Of a stretch of DNA of 64,000 bases, positions 32,774 through 42,745 are shown piece by piece (positions within the stretch are counted from its first letter, which is position 1; each line of letters starts with the position of its first letter). Source of the DNA: an uncultured SAR86 cluster bacterium (GTDB taxonomy: Bacteria > Pseudomonadota > Gammaproteobacteria > Magnimaribacterales > AG-339-G14); contig CACFWO010000003.1 of NCBI GenBank assembly GCA_902570035.1, positions 114,503 to 178,502 of the forward strand. The letters are read 5' to 3'. A model generated the notes under the pieces. It did no database searches. It was not told the DNA's origin and saw only the letters and a program-made list of their open reading frames with translations. The translations under genes and the position numbers were made by a program.

Positions 32774-33317
32774 AAAGAAAGACTCTAAAGTTGATCAGGT
32801 TAATACGTCAGAGCTTGAAGACGTTCAAGATAATATTGAACAGCCGGAAGAAGAATCAGATTTAGAAGAAGTTGAGCCTTCAGCCGAAGAAAAAATTTCT
32901 TCTCTTGAAGATCAGATGATGAGACTTCAAGCAGAAATGATCAATACACGAAAATCTGCTCAAAATGACATTGCACGCGCAAGAATATTCGGCTTAGAGT
33001 CATTTATGAAAGACTTGCTCTCAGTTATTGATAACCTATTTAGAAACCTAGATTTTAAAACGGAAGAAAATACCATTCCTGCGGATGGTTATGAGTTAAT
33101 TTTGAGAGAGTTGGAAAATGTTCTTGGTAAAAATGGAATAGTTCTTTTAGATCCTTTAGGAGATGAATTTGATCCAAAATTGCATGAAGCTATATCAGCT
33201 TCAAATGACAAGGACAAAGGAAACAACATTATTGTATCCGTTGCGCAAAAAGGCTGCACATTAAATGATCGACTTATCAGGCCTGCTCTCGTAGTAGTAA
33301 ATAAAATCCCGCATTAA
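32766..33317 (+). CDS. grpE: nucleotide exchange factor GrpE
   Basis: 183 aa. Acidic N-terminus, coiled coil, and C-terminal FDPKLHEAIS...GCTLNDRLIRPALVVV. ATG overlaps the fur 3' end by 8 nt. Confidence 0.93.
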   Translation: MTKKKDSKVDQVNTSELEDVQDNIEQPEEESDLEEVEPSAEEKISSLEDQMMRLQAEMINTRKSAQNDIARARIFGLESFMKDLLSVIDNLFRNLDFKTEENTIPADGYELILRELENVLGKNGIVLLDPLGDEFDPKLHEAISASNDKDKGNNIIVSVAQKGCTLNDRLIRPALVVVNKIPH

Positions 33318-33368
33318 TCTTGTTTTTTCCTAAAAAAGCCATATTTAGGGTAAAAGGAGATAAAAGTT

Positions 33369-35291
33369 ATGTCTAAAGTTATAGGAATTGATTTAGGAAC
33401 TACTAATTCTTGTGTCGCTGTAATGGAAGGTAACCAGGCTAAAGTTATTGAAAATTCAGAAGGAGCAAGAACAACACCATCTGTTGTGGCTTATACGGAC
33501 GAGATTCTAGTCGGACAGAGTGCCAAAAGGCAGTCTGTAACAAATCCTGAAAATACTCTATATGCCATTAAAAGACTCATAGGTAGAAGATTTGAAGATG
33601 ACGTTGTGTCAAAGGATAAAGACATGGTGCCATTTAAAATCATTAAAGCAGATAACGGAGATGCTTGGGTCGAAGCAGGTGGAAAAGGCTTAGCACCACA
33701 ACAAGTTTCTGCCGAAATTCTCAGAACCTTAAAGAAAAGAGCTGAAGAATATCTAGGGCAAGAAGTCAAAGAGGCAGTCATCACTGTTCCTGCATATTTC
33801 AATGACTCTCAGCGTCAAGCCACTAAAGATGCTGGAAAAATAGCTGGCCTTGATGTTAAGAGAATTATCAATGAACCTACTGCTGCAGCTCTTGCTTTTG
33901 GTTTAGATAAAAAAACCTCTGATCAGAAAATCGCTGTTTATGATTTAGGAGGTGGGACATTTGATATTTCTATTATTGAACTTGCTGAGGTCGAAGGAGA
34001 AAAACAATTCGAGGTTCTTTCTACAAACGGAGATACATTTCTTGGTGGAGAGGATTTTGATATTGCAATAATAGACTATTTGGTTGATGAATTTAAAAAA
34101 GATCAGGGCGTTGATCTAAAAGCAGATCCTGCTGCGCTTCAGAGACTTAAAGAAGCTGCAGAAAAAGCAAAAATTGAATTGTCATCCAATCAGCAAACTG
34201 AAATCAATCTTCCTTATGTAACTGCAGATTCTTCAGGACCAAAACATCTACTGTATAAAATCACTAGAGCAAAATTCGAATCTTTGGTATCAGAATTGGT
34301 AGAAAGAAGCATAAAGCCCGTTGAAATTGCAATGAAAGATGCTGGCTTAACTCCATCTGACATATCTGATGTAATTTTAGTTGGCGGTCAGACTAGAATG
34401 CCTCTTGTTCAAGAAAAAGTTAAAGAATTTTTTGGGAAAGAGCCAAGACAGGATATTAATCCTGATGAAGCGGTCGCTATGGGTGCAGCAGTTCAAGGTG
34501 CGGTTTTAGCAGGAGATGTTACAGACATCCTTTTGTTGGATGTATCACCTTTAACTCTTGGGATAGAAACTTTAGGTGGTGTTGCAACTCCATTAATAGA
34601 AAAAAATACAACTATCCCTACCAATAAATCTCAAATTTTTTCCACTGCAGAAGACAATCAAACAGCAGTAACAGTAAACGTTGTTCAAGGAGAGCGAAAA
34701 CAAGCTGCTGATAATAAGCAATTAGGTCTTTTCAATCTGGACGGTATTGCTCCTGCTCCTAGAGGCATGCCGCAAATTGAGGTAGCTTTCGATATCGATG
34801 CAAACGGAATATTAAATGTTTCAGCCAAAGACAAAGCAACTGGCAAAGAGCAAAAGATCACTATTCAGGCATCCGGAGGATTATCTGAAGACGAGATAGA
34901 AAAAATGGTTTCAGACGCTGAAGCGAACGCTGATAACGATAAGAAGTTCGAGGAACTGGTAAACGCTAGGAATACTGCAGATACTCTTATTCATGGTTGT
35001 AAAAAAACTCTGGAAGAATCCAAAGATAAAGTTTCTGAAGATGAAAAATCTGCTATTGAAGCTGCCATTTCAGATTTAGAGGAGGCTCTAAAGGGAGATG
35101 ATAAAGATAGCATAGAAGAGAAAACTAAAGCTTTAACAGATGCATCCTCATCAATGGCACAAAGACTTTATGCCGAACAGCAACAAGAATCGCAGGGAGC
35201 TGATCAAGCTAATGATAGCGATAATCAGGGATCGAATGAAGAAAATGTTGTTGATGCTGATTTTGAAGAAGTAAAAGAAGAATCTAGATAG
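33369..35291 (+). CDS. dnaK: chaperone DnaK (Hsp70)
   Basis: 640 aa. [33 protein letters not shown] signatures. Confidence 0.99.
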   Translation: MSKVIGIDLGTTNSCVAVMEGNQAKVIENSEGARTTPSVVAYTDEILVGQSAKRQSVTNPENTLYAIKRLIGRRFEDDVVSKDKDMVPFKIIKADNGDAWVEAGGKGLAPQQVSAEILRTLKKRAEEYLGQEVKEAVITVPAYFNDSQRQATKDAGKIAGLDVKRIINEPTAAALAFGLDKKTSDQKIAVYDLGGGTFDISIIELAEVEGEKQFEVLSTNGDTFLGGEDFDIAIIDYLVDEFKKDQGVDLKADPAALQRLKEAAEKAKIELSSNQQTEINLPYVTADSSGPKHLLYKITRAKFESLVSELVERSIKPVEIAMKDAGLTPSDISDVILVGGQTRMPLVQEKVKEFFGKEPRQDINPDEAVAMGAAVQGAVLAGDVTDILLLDVSPLTLGIETLGGVATPLIEKNTTIPTNKSQIFSTAEDNQTAVTVNVVQGERKQAADNKQLGLFNLDGIAPAPRGMPQIEVAFDIDANGILNVSAKDKATGKEQKITIQASGGLSEDEIEKMVSDAEANADNDKKFEELVNARNTADTLIHGCKKTLEESKDKVSEDEKSAIEAAISDLEEALKGDDKDSIEEKTKALTDASSSMAQRLYAEQQQESQGADQANDSDNQGSNEENVVDADFEEVKEESR

Positions 35292-35307
35292 ATTTTTATC
35301 AGTTCAA

Positions 35308-36387
35308 ATGAGTAAACGAGACTACTATGATGTTTTGGGAGTCTCTAAATCTTCCTCAAAAGATGAGCTAAAAAAGGCTTATAGAAAATTAGCAATGAAA
35401 TATCATCCGGATAGAAATCCAGATGATCAGGAAGCTGCAGATAAATTCAAGGAACTATCTGAGGCATATGAAATTCTTTCAGACGATCAAAAAAGACAAG
35501 CCTATGATAACTTTGGCCACCAGGGAGTAAATTCTCAATATTCAAGTGCACAGGGTGCTGCAGATGCCTTTAGTGATATTTTTGGAGATATTTTTTCAGA
35601 TATTTTTGGGGGATCTGCAAGGGGTAGATCGAAATCGAGCGGTGCAGATCTAGCTTACAATTTGAGCATTTCGCTTGAGGAAGCTGTAAGGGGAACGGAG
35701 GTTAGTCTTCAAATCCCATCAAAGGAAAGATGTTCTGGTAAGTTTTCTACTTGTTCTTATTGTTCTGGAGCAGGGGTTGTAAGGATGCAACAAGGCTTTT
35801 TTTCGATGCAACAAACTTGTCCTCAATGCAGAGGAGAAGGAGAGATACACTATCCTAATTGCAATATTTGTCATGGTCAGGGATATATCAAAAAAGATAA
35901 AACCTTGTCAGTGAAAATACCTGCAGGAATTGATTCGGGAGATAGAATAAGACTTTCAGGTGAAGGCGAGCCCGGATACGGGAATAATCCAAATGGAGAT
36001 CTTTTCATCACGGTAGACATTCAGGAGCATAAAATATTTCAAAGAGATGGAAGACATCTTTATTGCGAGATACCAATAAATTATATTGATGCCGTTCTTG
36101 GAGGAGACGTTGAAGTTCCAACTTTAGAAGGAAAGGTTAAATTAAAAGTCCCTTCAGGAACGCAGAGTCATAAATTGATGAGACTTAAAGGTAAGGGAAT
36201 CAGGCCTATTAATGGAGCATCAAAAGGGGATATATTAGTAAGGGTGCAGATTGAAACTCCAATTAATATATCGACAGAGCAAAAAAAACTTCTTGAGCAA
36301 CTTAAAGAATCATTTGATAAAGATAAGAATTCTCCTAAAGAGAAATCATGGTTTGAAAATGCTAGGGATTTTATGAGAGGGCAATGA
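35308..36387 (+). CDS. dnaJ: co-chaperone DnaJ (first zinc-finger repeat degenerate)
   Basis: 359 aa. J domain with HPD ([10 protein letters not shown]), G/F region [13 protein letters not shown], and three intact CxxCxGxG repeats where E. coli has four. Confidence 0.97.
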   Translation: MSKRDYYDVLGVSKSSSKDELKKAYRKLAMKYHPDRNPDDQEAADKFKELSEAYEILSDDQKRQAYDNFGHQGVNSQYSSAQGAADAFSDIFGDIFSDIFGGSARGRSKSSGADLAYNLSISLEEAVRGTEVSLQIPSKERCSGKFSTCSYCSGAGVVRMQQGFFSMQQTCPQCRGEGEIHYPNCNICHGQGYIKKDKTLSVKIPAGIDSGDRIRLSGEGEPGYGNNPNGDLFITVDIQEHKIFQRDGRHLYCEIPINYIDAVLGGDVEVPTLEGKVKLKVPSGTQSHKLMRLKGKGIRPINGASKGDILVRVQIETPINISTEQKKLLEQLKESFDKDKNSPKEKSWFENARDFMRGQ

Positions 36388-37100
36388 TTAAATTATTCAT
36401 ATGCGGTATTTCAGGACGACTAGGATCTAGCATTGTTGATGAGGTAAAAAAAGCATCAAACATAAGCTTGATAGGAGGTTTAGTCAGTGGCAGGGAGGAC
36501 TCTTCAACTATAAACTTCAGCCCGCAGGGAGTTCAAATCATCTCTGACTTAAACGACCTTACTGATGCTGATGTCGTAATTGATTGTTCTACTTCGCTAG
36601 ATTTAATAAAAATTAAAGAAAAATGCGAACTAATCGGTGCTAGCTTAATTGTTGCTTCAACTGGAAAAGGAGATTTCAGGGAGATTTTTAATAAAAGTCT
36701 ATCAATTCCTGTTTTAGCCGCACCTAATTTAAGTATAGGGATAGCTTTTTTGAGCAATTTATTAAATTACGTTTCTGAAAAAAAGCTTTCTTTGAAAAGA
36801 ATTAATATCGAAGAAACTCATCATAATAAAAAAATTGATACCCCTTCAGGCACCGCTTTGATGTTAAAAAAGGAGTTAATAGAACTATTAAATGTTGATG
36901 AAATTGAAATAATTTCAAATCGAGATGAATCTTCTGTAGGCACTCATAAAATTAATATATATCTTGAGGACGAGATTCTATCTTTGGAGCATAAGGCACT
37001 TGATAGAAAAACATTTGCTTTAGGGGCTCTAAATTTAATTGAATGGATTCATCGTAAATCCCCTGGAATATATTCAGTTCAAGATGCATTGAATAATTAG
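36384..37100 (+). CDS. dapB: 4-hydroxy-tetrahydrodipicolinate reductase
   Basis: 238 aa. N-terminal dinucleotide fold [23 protein letters not shown] substrate-binding motif (E-x-HH-x-K-x-D-x-PSGTA). ATGA overlap with dnaJ. Confidence 0.88.
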   Translation: MIKLFICGISGRLGSSIVDEVKKASNISLIGGLVSGREDSSTINFSPQGVQIISDLNDLTDADVVIDCSTSLDLIKIKEKCELIGASLIVASTGKGDFREIFNKSLSIPVLAAPNLSIGIAFLSNLLNYVSEKKLSLKRINIEETHHNKKIDTPSGTALMLKKELIELLNVDEIEIISNRDESSVGTHKINIYLEDEILSLEHKALDRKTFALGALNLIEWIHRKSPGIYSVQDALNN

Positions 37101-37120
37101 TTTTCCTTTATATTCAGTTG

Positions 37121-37129
37121 TGATATAAA
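37121..37129 (+). promoter_or_regulatory. candidate extended -10 promoter of rpsB-tsf (TGaTATAAA)
   Basis: gttgTGaTATAAAa at 37118-37130. It parallels the extended -10 rpsB promoter described for E. coli (TGgTATAAA, no good -35). About 130 nt upstream of the rpsB ATG. Confidence 0.55.
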
Positions 37130-37154
37130 ACACACGCGAAAGCTTAAAAAAACA

Positions 37155-37216
37155 CTTGGATAAATCAAATATTTGGGTGCTGCTTTGCTTCGAAGCAGTT
37201 AAATATCTGATCCAAG
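37155..37216 (+). promoter_or_regulatory. structured rpsB 5' leader (nested three-stem hairpin)
   Basis: CTTGGAT (37155-37161) pairs with ATCCAAG (37210-37216). Inside it AAATATTT pairs with AAATATCT (7 of 8). At the apex CTGCTT pairs with AAGCAG. SD AAGGAG lies just before the ATG. Confidence 0.5.
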
Positions 37217-37259
37217 GAAGAATAACCCGGCGTAATGCCTATAACAAAAGGAGCTAAAT

Positions 37260-38138
37260 ATGGAAATATCCATAGAACAGATGCTTAAAGCAGGTGTCCA
37301 TTTCGGTCATCAAACAAGGTTTTGGAATCCTAAAATGGAGAAATTCATTTTTGGTTCTAGAAACAAGGTACACATAATTGATTTACAAAAGACTTTAGAT
37401 TGCTTGGAGCCATCTCTAGACTTTTGCAAAAAAATTGCATCCTCGAATAATAGAATTCTATTTGTAGGAACCAAAAGATCAGCAAGAGAAGTCATAAGAC
37501 AAGAAGCAGAGAGGTGCGGTATGCCTTATGTAAATCACAGATGGCTGGGAGGAATGCTGACAAACTATAAAACAATTAGAGCCTCAATAAGAAGATATGA
37601 GTTTTTAATATCTCAGGAAGAAGAAGGTAAGTTTAACCGATACACAAAAAAAGAGGTTTTAAAGCTAAAAAAGGAAATGGATAAACTGGAAAGATCTATT
37701 GGAGGAATAAAGAATATGGGGGGACTTCCAGAAGCTTTATTCATTGTTGACGTAGAGAATGAGAAAATTGCTGTAGCTGAAGCTAAAAAAATGGGGATTC
37801 CTATTGTAGGTCTTGTAGATACAAACTCTGATCCTGATTCAGTGGATTATATTATTCCTGGAAATGATGATGCCATAAGGTCAATCTCTTTACTTGCTAG
37901 ATTAGTCTCAAATGCATGCCTTGAAGGAGCTGAGAAAGCCACGGGCATTAGAGGTGATGGTGATGGTCCAGTAATTGTAAAGAAATCCGATCTTGATAAG
38001 AAAGAAAAGGTAGATGCCAAAACTTCTTCCGATGCAAAGGAAAAAAAACAAGCTAAGGAAGAATCTCCAGCCGAGAATGTTTCTGAGGAAAATGAATCTG
38101 TATCAGAACAGAAAGAATCCAATGAGGTAAAAGAATGA
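37260..38138 (+). CDS. rpsB: 30S ribosomal protein S2 (with K/E/S-rich C-terminal extension)
   Basis: 292 aa. MLKAGVHFGHQTRFWNPKM and GGMLTN motifs. About 50 extra low-complexity residues compared with the 241-aa E. coli protein. Confidence 0.97.
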   Translation: MEISIEQMLKAGVHFGHQTRFWNPKMEKFIFGSRNKVHIIDLQKTLDCLEPSLDFCKKIASSNNRILFVGTKRSAREVIRQEAERCGMPYVNHRWLGGMLTNYKTIRASIRRYEFLISQEEEGKFNRYTKKEVLKLKKEMDKLERSIGGIKNMGGLPEALFIVDVENEKIAVAEAKKMGIPIVGLVDTNSDPDSVDYIIPGNDDAIRSISLLARLVSNACLEGAEKATGIRGDGDGPVIVKKSDLDKKEKVDAKTSSDAKEKKQAKEESPAENVSEENESVSEQKESNEVKE

Positions 38139-38977
38139 GTGAAATCAAAGCTGCAGATGTAAAATCTCTCAGAGATAAAACTGGTCTTGGAATTATGGAA
38201 TGCAAAGCTGCCCTTAAGGAAACAGGAGGAAATCTTGACGAGGCGGTGGAATATCTAAAAATTAATAGCAACTTAAAAGCAGAGAAAAAAGCTTCCAGAA
38301 CAGCGGTTGAAGGTCTTTTGCTAACAGCCAACAATCTAATGGTTGAAGTTAACTGCGAGACTGATTTCGTTGCTAAAGATGAAAACTTTAAAACTTTTTG
38401 TCAAGAAGTTTTAAATTATTGTTTAGAGAATGATTCGAAATCTATAGAAGAAATATCAGATGACCTTGAATCAGAAAGACAAAGCCTTGTTCAGAAGGTT
38501 GGAGAAAATGTAATTATCAGAAAAAAGGAATCTATCGGAGGAGATAACTTGTATTCATACATCCATAGCAATGGAAAGGTCGGTGCTTTAGTTTCTCTTA
38601 AGGATGACAATGTAGAATTAGGAAAGGATATTGCTATGCACGTTACAGCATCCAACCCCAAATTTCTATCTCCAGAAGATGTAGACTCTGAAACAATTGA
38701 GAAAGAAAAACAAATTTTAAAGGCTCAGGTTGAAGATACAAATAAGCCAGAAGAAATTATTGAGAAAATGATCGAGGGCAGGTTAAATAAATTTCTATCC
38801 GAAATAAGTCTTCTTAAGCAGCCTTTTGTTAAAGATCCTTCAACTTCAATTGAAAATATTCTTAACGATCACAAGAATTCTATTGTTGAATTTACACGTA
38901 TAGAAGTTGGCGAGGGAATAGAAGTAGAGCAAAAGGACTTTGCTTCCGAAGTCCAAGCACAACTCCAAAATTCTTAA
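38135..38977 (+). CDS. tsf: translation elongation factor Ts
   Basis: 280 aa. LRDKTGLGIMECKAAL UBA-like N-terminus. ATGA overlap with rpsB. Confidence 0.96.
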   Translation: MSEIKAADVKSLRDKTGLGIMECKAALKETGGNLDEAVEYLKINSNLKAEKKASRTAVEGLLLTANNLMVEVNCETDFVAKDENFKTFCQEVLNYCLENDSKSIEEISDDLESERQSLVQKVGENVIIRKKESIGGDNLYSYIHSNGKVGALVSLKDDNVELGKDIAMHVTASNPKFLSPEDVDSETIEKEKQILKAQVEDTNKPEEIIEKMIEGRLNKFLSEISLLKQPFVKDPSTSIENILNDHKNSIVEFTRIEVGEGIEVEQKDFASEVQAQLQNS

Positions 38978-39688
38978 ATGGCATCAGCAAAACGCGTTCT
39001 TCTAAAGCTCAGTGGAGAGTGGTTTGCTGGGAAAAAGGAAAAAGGTTTTGATGAAAAAACGTTTGAAAGAATATCTTCAGCTATAGACTTTACTAAACAA
39101 AAAAAAATTCAACTGGGGATAGTCTTAGGAGGAGGAAATATCTTTCGAGGAAGAGATCTCAAAGACATAAAAATCGATAGAGTGTCTGCAGACTACATAG
39201 GAATGTTATCTACTATTATGAATGGGATAGCTTTATCAAACTTCCTTAGAGAAAAAGGCCATTCGAATAAACTTTTCTCTTCATTTGCTATTGGAAACTT
39301 TGTTCAAGCTTATAATACCGAAGATGCTTTAAATGCTCTTATGAACCAAAAAGTTGTCCTCTTAGTTGGGGGAATAGGAAATCCCCTTTTCACCACGGAT
39401 TCAACTGCAAGCATAAGAGCAAATGAACTGGAAGTAGATTTTATGTTGAAAGCAACCAACGTAAATGGAGTTTATGATAATGATCCAAAAGAGAATCCAG
39501 AGGCCAAAAAATTTGAAAACTTAACTTTTGATGATGCAATTAATCAAAACCTTCAAGTAATGGATCAAACTGCCCTTTGCTTTTGCAGAGATAATAATTT
39601 ACAAGTTAGAGTATTCAATGCTGACGAAAAAGATGGATTTGAAAAAGCAATATCTGGAGAAGAAATAGGTACATTACTTAAAAATTAA
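38978..39688 (+). CDS. pyrH: UMP kinase
   Basis: 236 aa. VLLKLSGE, GGGNIFRG, GNPLFTTDSTA motifs. Confidence 0.95.
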   Translation: MASAKRVLLKLSGEWFAGKKEKGFDEKTFERISSAIDFTKQKKIQLGIVLGGGNIFRGRDLKDIKIDRVSADYIGMLSTIMNGIALSNFLREKGHSNKLFSSFAIGNFVQAYNTEDALNALMNQKVVLLVGGIGNPLFTTDSTASIRANELEVDFMLKATNVNGVYDNDPKENPEAKKFENLTFDDAINQNLQVMDQTALCFCRDNNLQVRVFNADEKDGFEKAISGEEIGTLLKN

Positions 39689-39689
39689 T

Positions 39690-40247
39690 ATGTTAGAAGA
39701 AATAAAACAAGAGACTCTAGAGAGAATGGAAAAAAGCATTTCATCTCTTGAAAGTTCATTACAAAAAATAAGAACGGGCAGGGCTAATCCTTCCCTGCTA
39801 GACGCCATACAAATTGATTATTATGGCAATATGACGCCACTTTCCCAAGTAAGCAACATTTCTGTTCAAGATGCAAAAACATTGTTAATTTCTCCTTGGG
39901 AAAAAAACTTAGTGCCTGACATAGAGAAAGCAATTCAGTCATCTGACTTAGGTATCAATCCAGCTACTTCAGGTGATGTCATTAGAGTCATTCTTTCAGA
40001 TTTAACTGAGGAAACCAGAAGAGATCTAATTAAAGTAGCAAAATCAGAAGCAGAAAATTCAAAAATCGCTTTAAGGAATCAGAGAAGGGACGCTAACGGA
40101 TTGCTCAAAGAATATCTTAAAGAAAAAGAAATTAGTGAAGATGATGAAAGGCGGGGTCAAGAAATTATTCAGAATCTGACTGACGATTTTATTTCCAAAG
40201 TTGAGCAATTACTTGAATTGAAAGAGAAAGACTTACTTGAAATATAG
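39690..40247 (+). CDS. frr: ribosome recycling factor
   Basis: 185 aa. KIRTGRANPSLLD, GINPA, LTEETRRDLIK motifs. Confidence 0.96.
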   Translation: MLEEIKQETLERMEKSISSLESSLQKIRTGRANPSLLDAIQIDYYGNMTPLSQVSNISVQDAKTLLISPWEKNLVPDIEKAIQSSDLGINPATSGDVIRVILSDLTEETRRDLIKVAKSEAENSKIALRNQRRDANGLLKEYLKEKEISEDDERRGQEIIQNLTDDFISKVEQLLELKEKDLLEI

Positions 40248-40252
40248 TTTCC

Positions 40253-40957
40253 ATGACGAGCAATTCATCCAATAAGATTGGTCATGTGGCCATAATAATG
40301 GATGGAAACTCTAGATGGGCAAGACAAAGGAGTCTAAAGACAATTGAAGGTCATAAGCATGGAGTAAATCGATTAAGAGATATTGTTAGGTATTCAGCAA
40401 AATCTGAAATAACTCATCTATCTGTATTTGCTTTTAGCACAGAAAATTGGAAGAGATCTGCTTCAGACGTTTCAGATTTAATGAAACTCTTTCTTCAATC
40501 AATAATTAAAGAAGTCCCAGAATTAATTGAAAATAAGGTTCAGCTAAATTTTATTGGTGACATCCCTCGTTTCTCTAAATCTCTTGTATCCCAAATTAAT
40601 TCTGCCATGAAGGATACTCAAGCCAAGAAACCAAACCTTAATCTTAATATTGCCATAAGTTACGGTGGTAGATGGGATATTCTGAATGCTATAAAGAGAT
40701 TGAAAGATCAACAAATAAATATAGACAAAATAAATGAAGAAGACTTCTCTAATCTTCTATCGACTTCTAATTTTCCGGATCCAGATTTGTTGATAAGAAC
40801 TGGAGACGAAATTCGCATAAGTAACTTCTTTCTTTGGCAGATATCATACTCAGAGTTGTATTTTTCAAAATTACTGTGGCCTGATTTTAAACTATCTAAT
40901 TTTAAATCTGCATTAAATAAATTCTCTACAAGAGATAGACGGTTTGGAGAGGAATAA
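40253..40957 (+). CDS. uppS: ditrans,polycis-undecaprenyl-diphosphate synthase
   Basis: 234 aa. HVAIIMDGNSRWA, FAFSTENWKR, RTGDEIRISNFFLWQ. Confidence 0.95.
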   Translation: MTSNSSNKIGHVAIIMDGNSRWARQRSLKTIEGHKHGVNRLRDIVRYSAKSEITHLSVFAFSTENWKRSASDVSDLMKLFLQSIIKEVPELIENKVQLNFIGDIPRFSKSLVSQINSAMKDTQAKKPNLNLNIAISYGGRWDILNAIKRLKDQQINIDKINEEDFSNLLSTSNFPDPDLLIRTGDEIRISNFFLWQISYSELYFSKLLWPDFKLSNFKSALNKFSTRDRRFGEE

Positions 40958-40959
40958 TA

Positions 40960-41583
40960 ATGATTAGATGGATATCTGGCATAGCTCTGGGATTTCTTTT
41001 TCTTGCATACATACTCTTATCTCCGTCCTTCTTTTTTAACTTTGGATTGATAATTATTTTTGGCATTTCAATTTATGAGCTTATTAAGTTGAGAGTTTTC
41101 TCTCTTCAATCTCTTTTAGCTTTTATTCTCATAGTAACCGCAATCTTATATTTATATTTATACGAGCTGGAGCGATCCTTGATCTTGATAGCGGTTATGA
41201 TTTCAGTTGTCACCGATGCATTTGCATTCTTTGCAGGTAAAGTTTTAGGCAGAAATAAAATATTCCCTACTATTAGTCCCAATAAAACTTTAGAGGGAAC
41301 GATCGGGGGAATAGTTTCATCAGTTGTGATAATTTCTCTGATGATAACTATGATTTTCCAAAACCCATTAAAAACTTTCGATGTCGTTATGCTTACTGTT
41401 ATGACCTTTATTTGTGCAGTAGCATCTGTTTTTGGTGACCTGTTAATAAGCTCCATAAAAAGACAAGCTAATTTAAAAGATACAGGGAGCCTTATACCTG
41501 GCCATGGCGGACTGTTAGATCGTATTGATAGTCATATCCTATGTATTCCAGTATTTTTTATTTTATTTGAGGTTCTTAAATGA
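40960..41583 (+). CDS. cdsA: phosphatidate cytidylyltransferase (short form)
   Basis: 207 aa membrane protein. CTP-transferase signature SPNKTLEG...GDLLISSIKRQANLKDTGSLIPGHGGLLDRIDS. Confidence 0.87.
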   Translation: MIRWISGIALGFLFLAYILLSPSFFFNFGLIIIFGISIYELIKLRVFSLQSLLAFILIVTAILYLYLYELERSLILIAVMISVVTDAFAFFAGKVLGRNKIFPTISPNKTLEGTIGGIVSSVVIISLMITMIFQNPLKTFDVVMLTVMTFICAVASVFGDLLISSIKRQANLKDTGSLIPGHGGLLDRIDSHILCIPVFFILFEVLK

Positions 41584-42743
41584 AAACAGTGCTTGTTCTG
41601 GGATCAACTGGATCTATTGGAAAAAGTACACTTGAAGTGCTGGATCTTCACAAAGAGAATTTTAAGTGCATCGGCTTGAGTGCAAATAAAAATTTTCAAG
41701 CTTTGCACGAGCAGGCAAATAAATATTCAGTTAAAAATATTTGCATCCAGGAGGGCTCTCCCTCAGAAACTGATATTAAAAAGAACTCAGACATAAAAAT
41801 TTATAGAGGCTCTGATGGCCAAAGTGAAATGATCAGAGATATGAATGCAGACATCGTAGTTGTTGGAATTTCAGGTGCAATTGGCCTTGAAGCAACTCAT
41901 GAGGCCATAAAAACTGGTAAAAGAGTATTGATAGCTAATAAAGAGCCCCTGGTAATGTGCGGCGAATTCTTATTGAATGAGGCTAAAAAATATCAATCAG
42001 AAATAATACCTCTTGACTCTGAGCATTCTGCTATTTTCCAATGCCTTCAAGGTTCTTCTAACGATGATGTAAATAAAATCATATTATGTTGCTCAGGCGG
42101 TCCATTTTGGGATAAAAAAATTGAATTTTTTGAAAAGATAACTGTCCAAGATGCATTGAATCATCCTATTTGGAAAATGGGAGAAAAAATATCAATTGAT
42201 TCTTCAACTTTGATGAATAAATCTTTAGAGATCATAGAGGCATCGGTTTTATTTGGAGTAGATGCTAATAAAATAGACGTTGTGATTCACCCTCAACACA
42301 TTGTTCACTCAATGGTTGAGTTTAAAGATGGCTCAATACTTTCTAATTTATCAGCACCCGATATGAAAGCCTCAATATCATATGGATTAGGATATCCTAA
42401 GAGGCTTGAATCCGGAATAGAAAGACTATCTTTTTCTGATCTTTCTTTAAATTTTTTTGAGCCTGACCATAAAAAATTTCCAACTTTAGATTACGCAAAA
42501 AAAGCTTTATCTTTAGGAGGCAATCTTCCCTTAATTCTAAATTCATTTAATGAAGTTGCGGTTGATCTTTTCTTGCAAGAAAAAATAAATTACCTAGATA
42601 TCTTTCAATTGATTGGTCATGCATTTGATGCGAAAGATAATCTAGACATAAATATAAAATTTGATACTGTTGACGAAATCTTGCATTTAGAAGCCTTATC
42701 TAAAAAACAGGCTAAAGTTTATGCAGAGAGATATACTTTATAA
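41580..42743 (+). CDS. dxr: 1-deoxy-D-xylulose 5-phosphate reductoisomerase
   Basis: 387 aa. LGSTGSIGKSTL NADPH site, IANKE, PLDSEHSAIFQC. Confidence 0.95.
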   Translation: MKTVLVLGSTGSIGKSTLEVLDLHKENFKCIGLSANKNFQALHEQANKYSVKNICIQEGSPSETDIKKNSDIKIYRGSDGQSEMIRDMNADIVVVGISGAIGLEATHEAIKTGKRVLIANKEPLVMCGEFLLNEAKKYQSEIIPLDSEHSAIFQCLQGSSNDDVNKIILCCSGGPFWDKKIEFFEKITVQDALNHPIWKMGEKISIDSSTLMNKSLEIIEASVLFGVDANKIDVVIHPQHIVHSMVEFKDGSILSNLSAPDMKASISYGLGYPKRLESGIERLSFSDLSLNFFEPDHKKFPTLDYAKKALSLGGNLPLILNSFNEVAVDLFLQEKINYLDIFQLIGHAFDAKDNLDINIKFDTVDEILHLEALSKKQAKVYAERYTL

Positions 42744-42745
42744 TA

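Noticed and set aside
33319-33345. Sigma32-like promoter upstream of dnaK (CTTGTTT ... GCCATATT).
   Set aside because: Partial matches to CTTGAAA and CCCCATNT, but the spacing is about 11 nt in the best alignment rather than about 13-14. Too weak to call without transcript data.
35571-35611. Tandem 12-nt repeat gatattttt(g/t)g.. encoding [13 protein letters not shown].
   Set aside because: This is the conserved DnaJ G/F-region motif (E. coli has DIFGDVFGDIFGG), not a repeat element.
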